Position numbers and translations under genes: made by a program
Notes under the pieces: model-generated
Seen by the model: the letters and a program-made list of their open reading frames with translations, nothing else
Databases searched by the model: none
What the model was told of the DNA's origin: nothing
Source: a virus
Taxonomy: Duplodnaviria > Caudoviricetes
DNA: 64,000 nt
IMG/VR virus record: IMGVR_UViG_3300037761_000289
Location: 925-64,924 of that record
Direction: 5' to 3' (one strand)
Shown here: piece after piece, positions 8,038-16,397 of the stretch
How the letters are laid out: each line of letters opens with the position of its first letter
How positions within the stretch are numbered: the first letter of the stretch is position 1

Positions 8038-8742
8038 TCAAGGGTCGGCGCCGAGGTGCTCGGAGCGGCACGGCGCGCAGTTGTGGGCGAGTTGTCCGCG
8101 GTGCCGGCGGCACTTGGGGGCGTTGTCGATGCGGGTGTTGCGGTCGGCGTCCCACGTGGCGTGGTTGCGCCGGGCGTCGGCGCAGGGTCCGCACGGTGGC
8201 GGGTTGGGGTTGTCGAGGTGTTCTGCGCATCTTGGGGGGGGTTCTGGGGTCGGCGGGTCGGTGTCGGGTGTCGCCGGCGGCGGGGTCTCGCGCGCGCGCA
8301 CGCGTCCCCTCCCTTCCCCTCCCTTCCTTTCCCCTCCCTTCCCCGCGGGAGGGCTACCCGACGTGTCCGGGAGTGTTCCGGGACCGTTCGTGGAATTGAT
8401 GGTTGTTGTTTCCGGTGCCGGTGGTAGCCGACTCGGCGAGGGCTTGTCGATCCGCTGGTGGTCACGCCAATTCGTGATCTCCAGGTAGCGCTGGCCGCCC
8501 ACCTCGTAGCGCACAATGCGCCCATGGGCGGCCAGCGTGGAAAGATCATCCTCAACGTCCCGTAGCGAGACGTCGTCGAGCGGCCATACATCCGCTTTGA
8601 TCAGCTTCACGTTGTCCTTGGTGCGGCCTGCGTCGTCACAATGCGTCCACAGACCGATCCATGTCAGGCGGGCACGTAATGGCAGCGCCGACACGTCCTC
8701 GGACTTGAAGAAGCCTGGCTTGATCGAGCGGATACGGGACAT
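8038..8742 (-). CDS. Phage replication initiator-like protein
   Basis: N-terminal RIRSIKPGFF...ARLTWIGLWTHCDDAGR wHTH-like domain, low-complexity linker, then Cys/His C-terminus (CAEH, CGPC, CRRH, CAPC). Confidence 0.75.
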   Translation of the reverse strand: MSRIRSIKPGFFKSEDVSALPLRARLTWIGLWTHCDDAGRTKDNVKLIKADVWPLDDVSLRDVEDDLSTLAAHGRIVRYEVGGQRYLEITNWRDHQRIDKPSPSRLPPAPETTTINSTNGPGTLPDTSGSPPAGKGGERKGGEGRGRVRARETPPPATPDTDPPTPEPPPRCAEHLDNPNPPPCGPCADARRNHATWDADRNTRIDNAPKCRRHRGQLAHNCAPCRSEHLGADP

Positions 8743-8931
8743 TCAGGCGCCCCCCACGTCGGTGGGCGGGCAGCAGGTGGACGGACACGGCGTGCCGGGG
8801 TCGTACGGGGCTTGCCGGGCGGCTGGACTCAGGTCGCAGTAGGGGCACAGCCCGACGGCGGGTGTCCAGGCGAACATCTCTCCGCACGTGGGGCAGACCT
8901 GTACCCGCCGGTGCGTGATGCCGCCCATCAC
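8743..8931 (-). CDS. Small Zn-ribbon protein
   Basis: CPTC...CPYC. Confidence 0.55.
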   Translation of the reverse strand: MMGGITHRRVQVCPTCGEMFAWTPAVGLCPYCDLSPAARQAPYDPGTPCPSTCCPPTDVGGA

Positions 8932-9040
8932 GGCGCAACCCCGGCGGGACCATGTTGGTCATCGAAACGCACCAACGGCATCAGGCGGCTCCGTCCTGGT
9001 CGTCCCAGATCCCGACGAAGATACGCGCGCAGAAACGGGG

Positions 9041-9547
9041 TCATGCGGCAACCTTTGGCGTACGCATGCGTGAGACCACGAACTCATCGGGCAGGTCGTC
9101 GATGCGGTACGCGACGAAGTTGCTCGACCCGTCACCGTTGCGCCGTACCTCGCCGGGGTCGCGGCGTTTGTAGAGTTGGCGGTGGTGCCAGAGCCGGAAC
9201 GTGCTCAGGTCGCCGAGCATCCATGCGGCGAACTCGGCGGCGTCTGCGGACGCAAACCCGTAGAACAGGTAGTCGCCCCAGCCGGACAGCACCTTGGCCA
9301 GTTCGGTGTCTGCACCGCTCGGTCGGCTCGCGCGGATGGTGAACTGGTCGCCGTACGTGGCGAGGTATTCGTATCGACGGATCCGGCACGCGACGCGTAC
9401 CGTGTCCAGCCGCAACACGATCAGGTCGGTGTTGTGCTGCATGTCCTCGGCCGCCGGTGCCTCCGCGATCAGGTAGTTCGCGAGGATCCGTTTGATCTCG
9501 GGGATGAGGCCGCGTTGCCAGTCGAAGTCGCGCTCATACGCCGACAT
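9041..9547 (-). CDS. Putative PD-(D/E)XK-like endonuclease coupled to the MT-A70 methyltransferase
   Basis: EDMQHNTDLIVLRL...VACRIR...QFTIR...TELAKVLSGWGDYLFYGF; overlaps the MTase stop. The fold call is an inference. Confidence 0.5.
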   Translation of the reverse strand: MSAYERDFDWQRGLIPEIKRILANYLIAEAPAAEDMQHNTDLIVLRLDTVRVACRIRRYEYLATYGDQFTIRASRPSGADTELAKVLSGWGDYLFYGFASADAAEFAAWMLGDLSTFRLWHHRQLYKRRDPGEVRRNGDGSSNFVAYRIDDLPDEFVVSRMRTPKVAA

Positions 9548-10826
9548 CGATCACCTCGTTTCCCCAGGGCGTGAAGCCGTCGCGTGACGTGCGTGCGAAC
9601 ATCTCGATCCGTGGTTCTGGGCTGGCGGCGACCACCCGCTCGTAGAACACGTCGGGCTTACGGCTGTGGCCCTGTACCGGCGCGTCGAACGACAGCCGTA
9701 GTCCCAGTTGGCGTAGCGCCTGATTGCCGCGACGGCCGAACAGGACGTGCTCGGTGTCGTACATCCACGAGTAGGGGGTGATGCCGACGTTCTTCCGCCA
9801 CGTCATGACGCACTGGTAACTGAATCCCCACCCGGCCAACAGGTCCAGGCCGGCCGGTAGGAACTTGTGGGTGACCCAGAGGTAGATGTGGGCGTCGTCG
9901 AGGGTGCTCGTCTTGACGACATGACCGACGACGCATTGGATCGACCGGCAAGGCTTGTATCCGTCGGTGTAGCCGTCTTCCTCGCTCCACCACGCCCGGA
10001 AGCACGGTTCGTGGACTGGCTCGTACTCCTCGTGGAACTCGGTTCCAATGTCGCGGTTACCGACGATCGCGGGGTCCTGGCACTCGATCGGCATTGTCGG
10101 ATAGTCGAGCGCGACACCCTGGTTCGGACGCTCATCGCGTTCGATCTTTGCCATGGGCCACGGCGGGTCGATGACGAAGCAGTGGTACCAGCCGGTCGGC
10201 GGTGCGACTGGTTCGGCGACCGGTTCCGGTGTCCGGATGCGCGCCGCGAGCTTGACGGCTTCGCGGGTGGTCAGCGTCCCTTCGGCGGTGCCGTCCAGTG
10301 TGGCGAGTGCCTGCTGCGCCTGCTCGGCCTCGCGCTCATCCTTCGCCGCGACGAGCGTCGGGCGTCGGGCTGGACGCACTTTCCCGTCCGTACCCCACCG
10401 TGAGTCCGGCAACTTGCAAGTACTAGCAAGTTGTGGGTCGTTCAGAACCTGACCGACATACTGCCGACTGACTCCAGCCACCTGCGCGATCTCGTTCTGC
10501 GACAGCTCACCGACGCCGCTGGGCGTCACCCGCCGGGCAAGCATCACGATGTGCTCGCGCAGTTGCTCGCCCGAGAGGTGGCGGCGCGCGGTGTTGAGCG
10601 TCCGCGCGATCTCCCGCGCCTCGTCGTCGTCGGCCACGCTCACGACATCGACCCGGTACGTCACGCCCATCTTGTCGGCGATCCGGGCCCGGTGGTGGCC
10701 GTCGATGATCCGACCGCGCTGGTCGCGTACCACCGGGACGAGCACGCCGAACCGTTCGATGCTCGCGCGCAGCGCGTCTTCGATATGTGCCGGTAGCGCG
10801 TCGAACAGTTGCAGCGGTGTCGTCAT
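9534..10826 (-). CDS. ParB-N/HTH/MT-A70 adenine methyltransferase fusion
   Basis: LRASIERFGVLVPV...IIDGHHR (ParB); LSQNEIAQVAGVSRQYVGQVL (HTH); FVIDPPW, HIYLWVT, FSYQCVMTWRK, TEHVLFG, HSRKPDVFY and RIEMFAR (MT-A70). Confidence 0.92.
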   Translation of the reverse strand: MTTPLQLFDALPAHIEDALRASIERFGVLVPVVRDQRGRIIDGHHRARIADKMGVTYRVDVVSVADDDEAREIARTLNTARRHLSGEQLREHIVMLARRVTPSGVGELSQNEIAQVAGVSRQYVGQVLNDPQLASTCKLPDSRWGTDGKVRPARRPTLVAAKDEREAEQAQQALATLDGTAEGTLTTREAVKLAARIRTPEPVAEPVAPPTGWYHCFVIDPPWPMAKIERDERPNQGVALDYPTMPIECQDPAIVGNRDIGTEFHEEYEPVHEPCFRAWWSEEDGYTDGYKPCRSIQCVVGHVVKTSTLDDAHIYLWVTHKFLPAGLDLLAGWGFSYQCVMTWRKNVGITPYSWMYDTEHVLFGRRGNQALRQLGLRLSFDAPVQGHSRKPDVFYERVVAASPEPRIEMFARTSRDGFTPWGNEVIDVGV

Positions 10827-11626
10827 CAGGCTCCGTCCTTTCGTCGCTGGGTGTCGGCTGCGCGCCAGGACGGCAGCGCCTTGGTCTTGCGGCGGACGTT
10901 GTACATCTCGACGACGATCTCCGCCACGGCGCGGGTGACGGTGCCGCCGATGGTGTCGCGGAACGTGCGGGCCTTGCCGAGCAGCGCGGCCGGTGTGCCC
11001 GAGCGGGCGAGACGGTCGGTCAGTTCGCTGGCCTCAACGGCGATCCCGTACCGGGCGTAGACCAGGCCGACGCCCTCGACAAGCCGCCCGTCAACGGTCG
11101 CCGTGTCGTCGTGGCCCCACGCGCGGGTGAGTGTGGCGACGGCCTTGTCGAGGGCGGCGGGGTCGAGGCGATGGATCCGTTCAGCGGCGGCGACCGCGCC
11201 GAACGCCCCGCCGTGCGCGCTGAACATCACCTTCCAACCATGGGCGCTGATGATCCGGTCGATGTCGACGGCCACCGGGTCACCCTCGATGACACGTACC
11301 CGGAACAGGTCCAGTGCTTGCGGCTTCGCGGTGTTGTTCAGCAGCCTGAACAGGCGGGCCTCGTCCTCGATGGACAGGCCGGAAAAGATCCGGCACAGGA
11401 TCTTCTCCGTCTCGCCCCCGGCGAGCTTGACGGCGGAGACGCGGTGTTGGCCGTCGACGATGTGGTAGTTGCCGTTGGCCCGGTGGGACACGGTGACGAC
11501 GCCGAGCGCGTCGAGGTCCAGCGCCTCGGCGATCTTGTTGACGCGCCGGATGTCGAGGCCGCGCTGTACGTCCGGGTCGACGACGAGGGTGGACACGGCC
11601 AGTGGTCGCAGGTCAGGTTTGGCCAT
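10826..11626 (-). CDS. ParB-like protein (DUF6551-like)
   Basis: LVVDPDVQRGLD...GVVTVSHR...YHIVDGQHR...EARLFRLLN. Confidence 0.8.
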   Translation of the reverse strand: MAKPDLRPLAVSTLVVDPDVQRGLDIRRVNKIAEALDLDALGVVTVSHRANGNYHIVDGQHRVSAVKLAGGETEKILCRIFSGLSIEDEARLFRLLNNTAKPQALDLFRVRVIEGDPVAVDIDRIISAHGWKVMFSAHGGAFGAVAAAERIHRLDPAALDKAVATLTRAWGHDDTATVDGRLVEGVGLVYARYGIAVEASELTDRLARSGTPAALLGKARTFRDTIGGTVTRAVAEIVVEMYNVRRKTKALPSWRAADTQRRKDGA

Positions 11627-12464
11627 TGCTACGCTCCTTGAGTCGCTGGATGAGACCGGTGATGGTTCGCCGTGCGTCGCTGAGGCCGTCCACCCACTGG
11701 GCGGCCTCGTCGCTTGTGATGTCGGGGTGGATGTCCTGGATGCGGGCGAGGCCGTGGGCGATGCCGGACAGGCCGACGATGGCGCTGGGGATGGCTTTGC
11801 GCTGACCGCCAGCGTCGGTGATGGTCGTCTTGCGGTTGGGTCCTAGGCGCACGTCTCGCGTCCTGCGGACCTTGTCGTAGCTGGGCACGATCCTGCCGGT
11901 GGCGTTCATCTCGGCTAGCGCGGCCTGGGCGACGGCGCGGTCTTCGGGCGTGGCGGCTGGGTTGTCGGCGGCCCCGACGACGGCCCTGGCGCGGTGGTAG
12001 CTCATCGGCGACATGCCCAGCGCCCCGGCGACCACCTCACGGGTCTTCTCCAACTTTGTGTTCTGCGGATCACAAAGTTGGATTCCTAGGTCGCGCCGGG
12101 TTCCTTGACGTGCACGCGCCGTCGGTCGCTCCAACTTCTCCAGTTCACGGCCGAGGCGTACCAGCTCCTCCGGGGTCATCGCCTTGCGTTCGGTGTTCTC
12201 GTCCCGCTCCGTACGCAGCCGCTCGGCCGCGTCCCGCAGGTCGAGCGCGACCCGGACCTCGATCTCTGTCCAGCCGAGCAGCCGGGCGGCCTCCAGCCGA
12301 CGTTGACCGGCGATGAGTCGACCCGCCTCGGTGACGGTGATCGGGTTGATCAGGCCGACGTCGGCGAGGGACTTGGCGAGCGCGTCGAGGTTCCCGAGGT
12401 CCCGCCGGTGGCGGTCTGCTACCTGGATCGCCTCAATGTGCATCTTCGTCATGCGGTACCTCAT
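11613..12464 (-). CDS. ParB N-terminal domain protein with HTH
   Basis: IQVADRHRRDLGNLDALAKSLADVGLINPITV...LIAGQRRLEA...ERDENTERK...RQGTRRDL. Confidence 0.88.
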   Translation of the reverse strand: MRYRMTKMHIEAIQVADRHRRDLGNLDALAKSLADVGLINPITVTEAGRLIAGQRRLEAARLLGWTEIEVRVALDLRDAAERLRTERDENTERKAMTPEELVRLGRELEKLERPTARARQGTRRDLGIQLCDPQNTKLEKTREVVAGALGMSPMSYHRARAVVGAADNPAATPEDRAVAQAALAEMNATGRIVPSYDKVRRTRDVRLGPNRKTTITDAGGQRKAIPSAIVGLSGIAHGLARIQDIHPDITSDEAAQWVDGLSDARRTITGLIQRLKERSNGQT

Positions 12465-12483
12465 CCAACCTTCCCCGGTGCCA

Positions 12484-12708
12484 TCAGGCGGCGTCCTTTC
12501 GTCGTTGGGTGTCTTCCGCGCGGACGGCGCAGCAGATGCTCGGCATGCCGGCGGTGTCGCGGCCACGGCACCGGCAGCGCTGGCCACACGGCGGGTGGCA
12601 GTGGCACGGGTAGTGCCGGGTGGTGGGTGTGCCGGCGACCAGCCACACGCCGCGGGCCGCCCGGTGGTACGGGTGGCGGGGGTCGGCGGGCCCGGTCACG
12701 GCACCCAC
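12484..12708 (-). CDS. Small Cys/His-rich protein
   Basis: HYPCHCHPPCGQRCRC. Confidence 0.45.
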   Translation of the reverse strand: MGAVTGPADPRHPYHRAARGVWLVAGTPTTRHYPCHCHPPCGQRCRCRGRDTAGMPSICCAVRAEDTQRRKDAA

Positions 12709-13109
12709 CAGCAGCAGTCGAGCCGGTAGCCGCCCTCACCGTCGGCGCGGATCCGGTCGCCGGGCTCGATAGGGTCGTCGCAGCCGGCGCACCACCCGCC
12801 GTAGGCGGCCTCGAACGCGGGGCCGAGTTGGCCGGGCCGGTCGGGTTGCTGGTCGTCGAGGCAGTGGGCGCACATCACCGCAGGCAGGTTGGTGACGTCG
12901 CAACGCTCAACGGTGCTCATGGAGTCCTCGTTTCGGTGTGCGGGTACTCCCTCGGGAAGGGCTCGGGCCACTCGGCCGGGTTGTGGCCCTTGCGGTCGGA
13001 ACAGCCCCACTCGGCAGCCAGCGCGGCACCACCAGCAGCGCAGCGCCGCCACCTGCTCCGCCGCGGTGACGGTCCGCGGCCTGACGTCCGCTGTCCGGGG
13101 TCGGGTCAT
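12696..13109 (-). CDS. Cys-rich hypothetical protein (possible internal start at 12920)
   Basis: CWWC; MSTVERCDVTNLPAVMCAHC...WCAGCDDPIEPGD. Confidence 0.55.
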   Translation of the reverse strand: MTRPRTADVRPRTVTAAEQVAALRCWWCRAGCRVGLFRPQGPQPGRVARALPEGVPAHRNEDSMSTVERCDVTNLPAVMCAHCLDDQQPDRPGQLGPAFEAAYGGWCAGCDDPIEPGDRIRADGEGGYRLDCCWWVP

Positions 13110-13309
13110 GACGGCTCCGGGTCGTGGTCGTAGGGCCCGTCGAGCGGGTGGTGGAAGTGCAGGCGGCAGCGGGCGCCGGTGTCGGGGTTGACCCAGGTGC
13201 ACAGGTCGTCGGCGGGTTGGACGGGGTGCGGCGGCCGTGGTGGTGGGAGCCGGCCGGCGCCGAACCGTTCGGCGAGCATCGCTTCGACGGCTGTTCTGAG
13301 GTCAGGCAA
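13106..13309 (-). CDS. Hypothetical protein
   Basis: CTWVNPDTGARCRLHFHH. Confidence 0.55.
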   Translation of the reverse strand: MPDLRTAVEAMLAERFGAGRLPPPRPPHPVQPADDLCTWVNPDTGARCRLHFHHPLDGPYDHDPEPS

Positions 13310-13499
13310 CGGGCACCTCCTGTCCGCATGCTGGGCACCGGTCGGGCCGGGTGCCGGCGGGGGTGTAGCAGGTGCAGCTGCAGCGGTTGGGGGTGGCGGC
13401 GTTGCAGTAGGTGCGTACGGTCTGCCCGAAGCGTTGGCCGTAGGCGTGTAGTGGTGCGGGGTGGCCGCATGCGCAGTCGGCGGGCCGGGCGTAGGTCAC
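13302..13499 (-). CDS. Small Cys-rich protein
   Basis: CACGH...YC...CSCTCY...CPAC; GGAGG RBS. Confidence 0.65.
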   Translation of the reverse strand: MTYARPADCACGHPAPLHAYGQRFGQTVRTYCNAATPNRCSCTCYTPAGTRPDRCPACGQEVPVA

Positions 13500-13517
13500 G
13501 GCACCTCCCGCCGGGAC

Positions 13518-13562
13518 TTGACACTGTACATACAGTCGGCTATGCTTCTGTACATACAGTCG
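13518..13562 (+). promoter_or_regulatory. Sigma70-type promoter TTGACA-N17-TATGCT with two copies of CTGTACATACAGTCG
   Basis: -35 at 13518-13523 and -10 at 13541-13546. Repeats at 13524-13538 and 13548-13562 each contain the dyad CTGTA-CA-TACAG. Confidence 0.85.
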
Positions 13563-13579
13563 AGCAGAGGGGCGAGGAA

Positions 13580-13789
13580 ATGACCTTCACCGAGACGACC
13601 ACCCCGACCGGCCAGCCGGGCCTGCAAGTCACGTGCGGCTGCAAGGTCCACGGCGACTCCAAGCCGATCATCATGCGGCGCGGCGACAGGCGCCCGACGC
13701 AGACCGTCGTGCACAACATGACCGGCATCGCCTACAGCCCGCTGGCCATGGCCCAGTCCGTGCGCGAGTTCGGCCCGTGGCGCGCCTGA
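13580..13789 (+). CDS. Small protein, first gene of an antisense two-gene cassette
   Basis: MTFTETTTPTGQPGLQVTCGCKVH...; RBS GAGG upstream of ATG 13580. Confidence 0.8.
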   Translation: MTFTETTTPTGQPGLQVTCGCKVHGDSKPIIMRRGDRRPTQTVVHNMTGIAYSPLAMAQSVREFGPWRA

Positions 13790-13790
13790 C

Positions 13791-13952
13791 ATGGCCAACA
13801 CCCCACACCGCACGGTGCGGCTCGACGACCCGCTGTGGGAGGCCGCCAAGACGTGCGCGGCGGCCGAGGGCCGCACCGTCACCGACGTGATAGAGGCGGC
13901 GCTGCGGCGGTACGTGCGGGCGAGGGGAATCAAGCTGCCACCCCCGGGGTGA
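13791..13952 (+). CDS. Ribbon-helix-helix (CopG/Arc-like) regulator, 53 aa
   Basis: Not in the ORF track; MANTPHRTVRLDDPLWEAAKTCAAAEGRTVTDVIEAALRRYVRARGIKLPPPG. Confidence 0.85.
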   Translation: MANTPHRTVRLDDPLWEAAKTCAAAEGRTVTDVIEAALRRYVRARGIKLPPPG

Positions 13953-14538
13953 GGTACGCCATCAACTGCCCACCGATGTGTCTCGTGTACGCCGGTGGGA
14001 TCGCCTGCCGCGCCTCGATCTTCGTCATCCACGTGCAGTCCATCGCGTCGGCGAACGCCCGCTCACCCTTGTGTACGAACGGCAGCAGCCGGCGGTTGCG
14101 GTAGCACCGGCACGGCGGCATCAGTTCGTACACGGACCAGTTGCCCGCCTGGAAGATCCGGTGCCGGCGGACCTGTAGACCGAACTGGGTGCCGCACAGC
14201 AGGTAGTCGGGGCGCAGCCGGTCGGCGGCCTCGGGAACGTTCTCGACCACCCACGGGACGTCGACCGTGGCGAGGCGGGCCAGTGTCGGGGTCAGCGTGT
14301 CCGGGTGGTCGTCCCTGTTGCCGCGCCACGCGGTCACCCGGGCCCACCGGAAACAGGTCGGGCTGGCGTGGATGGCGTCGTAGCCGTCGAGCGGGAACGT
14401 CAACGCGTCGGCCCGGTGGAACTCGTCGCCCGCGTACCGGGGTTGCGGTGCGGTGTCGACGCCGGTGACGTGCCAGCCGGCGAGCTGGTAGCCGCGGGCC
14501 GCGCCGCCCGCCCCCGAGAAGAGATCCAGCAGTTTCAC
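13930..14538 (-). CDS. DNA cytosine-5 methyltransferase (short actinophage type)
   Basis: LLDLFSGAGG (motif I), IHASPTC (motif IV variant) and WVVENV (motif VI). Confidence 0.85.
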   Translation of the reverse strand: MKLLDLFSGAGGAARGYQLAGWHVTGVDTAPQPRYAGDEFHRADALTFPLDGYDAIHASPTCFRWARVTAWRGNRDDHPDTLTPTLARLATVDVPWVVENVPEAADRLRPDYLLCGTQFGLQVRRHRIFQAGNWSVYELMPPCRCYRNRRLLPFVHKGERAFADAMDCTWMTKIEARQAIPPAYTRHIGGQLMAYLTPGVAA

Positions 14539-14720
14539 GACACCTCCCGACGGCGGGCCTCGTACTGGTCGTTGGTCTGCGACGTGAGGTGCCAGCCGCC
14601 GCGCGGGCACCGGTAGACGCGCAGCGGGATGTTCTGCCGGGACAGGCGGATCGCGGCGGCGACGGCCGAAATCCAGGTCCGGTGCCGCCGCTTACCCGCG
14701 CAGCACCTCGTCGCGGTCAC
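14535..14720 (-). CDS. Small conserved actinophage protein
   Basis: CAGKRRH...RVYRCPRGGWHLTSQ. Confidence 0.65.
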   Translation of the reverse strand: MTATRCCAGKRRHRTWISAVAAAIRLSRQNIPLRVYRCPRGGWHLTSQTNDQYEARRREVS

Positions 14721-14742
14721 GGCACCTCCCAGCGGCGGTGAC

Positions 14743-15507
14743 TCATGGCGTACCTTTCGTGGTCGCCGCGCGCCACCCGGCGGAGTCTGGGGTCTCGCCG
14801 GGTGGCGGCGGGTCTAGGTGCGGCGCCACGTGTGCACCGCCGGGGTGCAGGTTCAGGACGTCCTGCGCGAGCCGCCGGGCGGCCAGCTCGCAGTACCGTT
14901 CGTCGAGTTCGACGCCGATGGCGCGGCGGCCAAGGTTGCGGGCGGCGACCAACGTGGAGCCGGAGCCGGCGAACGGGTCGGCGATGACACCGGGCGGGCA
15001 GGCCGAGATCAGCGTTTCCATGACGTCGACCGGCTTGGCGTGCGGGTGCGCGTAGCGGCCTTGTGGTTGCAGGCCCTGCGACCGGGCTCCAGTGGCCACG
15101 ATCGAACTTCGTCCGCCGAGCCCAGTGGCCCACGGGCCGATCAGGTACCACGCCTCGGCGTCTCGTCGGTAGCCGCCCATCGCGCCACGTGTACCGGCGT
15201 TGGGTGGCTTGCGGTAGATGCCGACGAGTACGGTCCCGCCCGGTGGGGCGAGCATCAGGTCGCCGAATATCACGGCGGGTCGACCACCCCATGCGGCCAA
15301 TACGCCGTCGCGGGTCTCGGTACCCGCGTCACCGACGATGCCGACGTGTGCGTCATTCGCTTGGTGCGGCGGCTTTAGGCGCCCCTGTCGCCAGCCGCGA
15401 CCGTACGGCGGGTCGGTCACGAGCACGTCGGCGGCCAGCCACTCGGTGATCTCCCGGCAGTCGCCGTGGTGCAACGTCACCGAGTCGTCGGCGTAGTACG
15501 GCGTCAC
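14743..15507 (-). CDS. DNA N6-adenine/N4-cytosine methyltransferase (beta class)
   Basis: LHHGDCRE, VTDPPYG, HPHAKPV, IADPFAGSGST and IGVELDERYC. Confidence 0.92.
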   Translation of the reverse strand: MTPYYADDSVTLHHGDCREITEWLAADVLVTDPPYGRGWRQGRLKPPHQANDAHVGIVGDAGTETRDGVLAAWGGRPAVIFGDLMLAPPGGTVLVGIYRKPPNAGTRGAMGGYRRDAEAWYLIGPWATGLGGRSSIVATGARSQGLQPQGRYAHPHAKPVDVMETLISACPPGVIADPFAGSGSTLVAARNLGRRAIGVELDERYCELAARRLAQDVLNLHPGGAHVAPHLDPPPPGETPDSAGWRAATTKGTP

Positions 15508-16382
15508 GCCGGGCCGCCGTCGGGGATCGGCGTGGTGTCGGGCCACGTGTCCGGCTCGTCGACGACCTGGCCGTCGACGTAGTCCGCAAGCGGCGCGTCG
15601 GTGCCCGCCGGGGTACCCGGCGCGGTGGCCACCCGATGCGCCTCGGCGACCGCGCGCAGCTGCTCCCGACGGAACTCGCTCGAGGTCGGCACCCACTTCT
15701 GCAGCTGCCGTACGGCGCTCTTGAGCCACATCGCGGCCTCGTGCGTCGTCCACGGCGAGAATTCGCTGCCGGCCGCCGCTGAGGACTTTTTGATGCGTTC
15801 GATGTCGGCGCGGTTCAGGACGACGACCTTCGACGTGGCGCCGTCCTTCATCCGCGCGTAGGCGTAGGCCAGACGCATCTGGCCCCGGTCGGCGGCGTCC
15901 CAGTCGATCTCGTGGAGGGGCACGTCGTCGCGGCCGGGCTGGTAGACGAACGTGTCGCCGGTGTGCACGACCTCGGCGATGACGGAGGACACGGCACCGG
16001 CCCGGTACATGAGCTCGATGTGGCCCTGGTAGCCGGTGATGCCCAGGATTTCCAGCCGGCCGCCGACCTTACGCGGTGTCAGGTAGTACTGTTCGGTGCC
16101 CGGTTCGAGGCCCTGCCGGGCGGCGTCGAGCAGGGCTGCGAGGAACGCGCCGGGGTTGTTCGCGGCGGCGACTTCCAGTTCGAACATGCCCCGGTGCGGT
16201 GACTTCGCGTCGGTGATCCGCTTGCCTTTCTTCAGCGCGCCCTCGGCGAGCCGGACCCACGTGGCGGGCTTGACGTGTGAGGGCAGGACGGACGCGAAGT
16301 CGGCGGAGTACTGCTTGATGAGCGCTCTCGGGCTGTTGCTGCTTTCGCGCTGGGCGACGGCGTTGGTGACGGTCTGGCTCAT
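15504..16382 (-). CDS. recT: RecT-family ssDNA annealing protein
   Basis: AARQGLEPG..QYYLTP, GITGYQGHIELMYR, FSPWTTHEAAMWLKSAVRQLQKWVP. Confidence 0.95.
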   Translation of the reverse strand: MSQTVTNAVAQRESSNSPRALIKQYSADFASVLPSHVKPATWVRLAEGALKKGKRITDAKSPHRGMFELEVAAANNPGAFLAALLDAARQGLEPGTEQYYLTPRKVGGRLEILGITGYQGHIELMYRAGAVSSVIAEVVHTGDTFVYQPGRDDVPLHEIDWDAADRGQMRLAYAYARMKDGATSKVVVLNRADIERIKKSSAAAGSEFSPWTTHEAAMWLKSAVRQLQKWVPTSSEFRREQLRAVAEAHRVATAPGTPAGTDAPLADYVDGQVVDEPDTWPDTTPIPDGGPA

Positions 16383-16397
16383 TTGCTGATCTCCTGC

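Noticed and set aside
15065-15083. Near-palindrome GGTTGCAGG-C-CCTGCGACC inside the N6/N4 MTase
   Set aside because: It has one mismatch, is GC-rich and is not next to an HTH, so it is plausible by chance. Not counted with the three perfect in-frame dyads.
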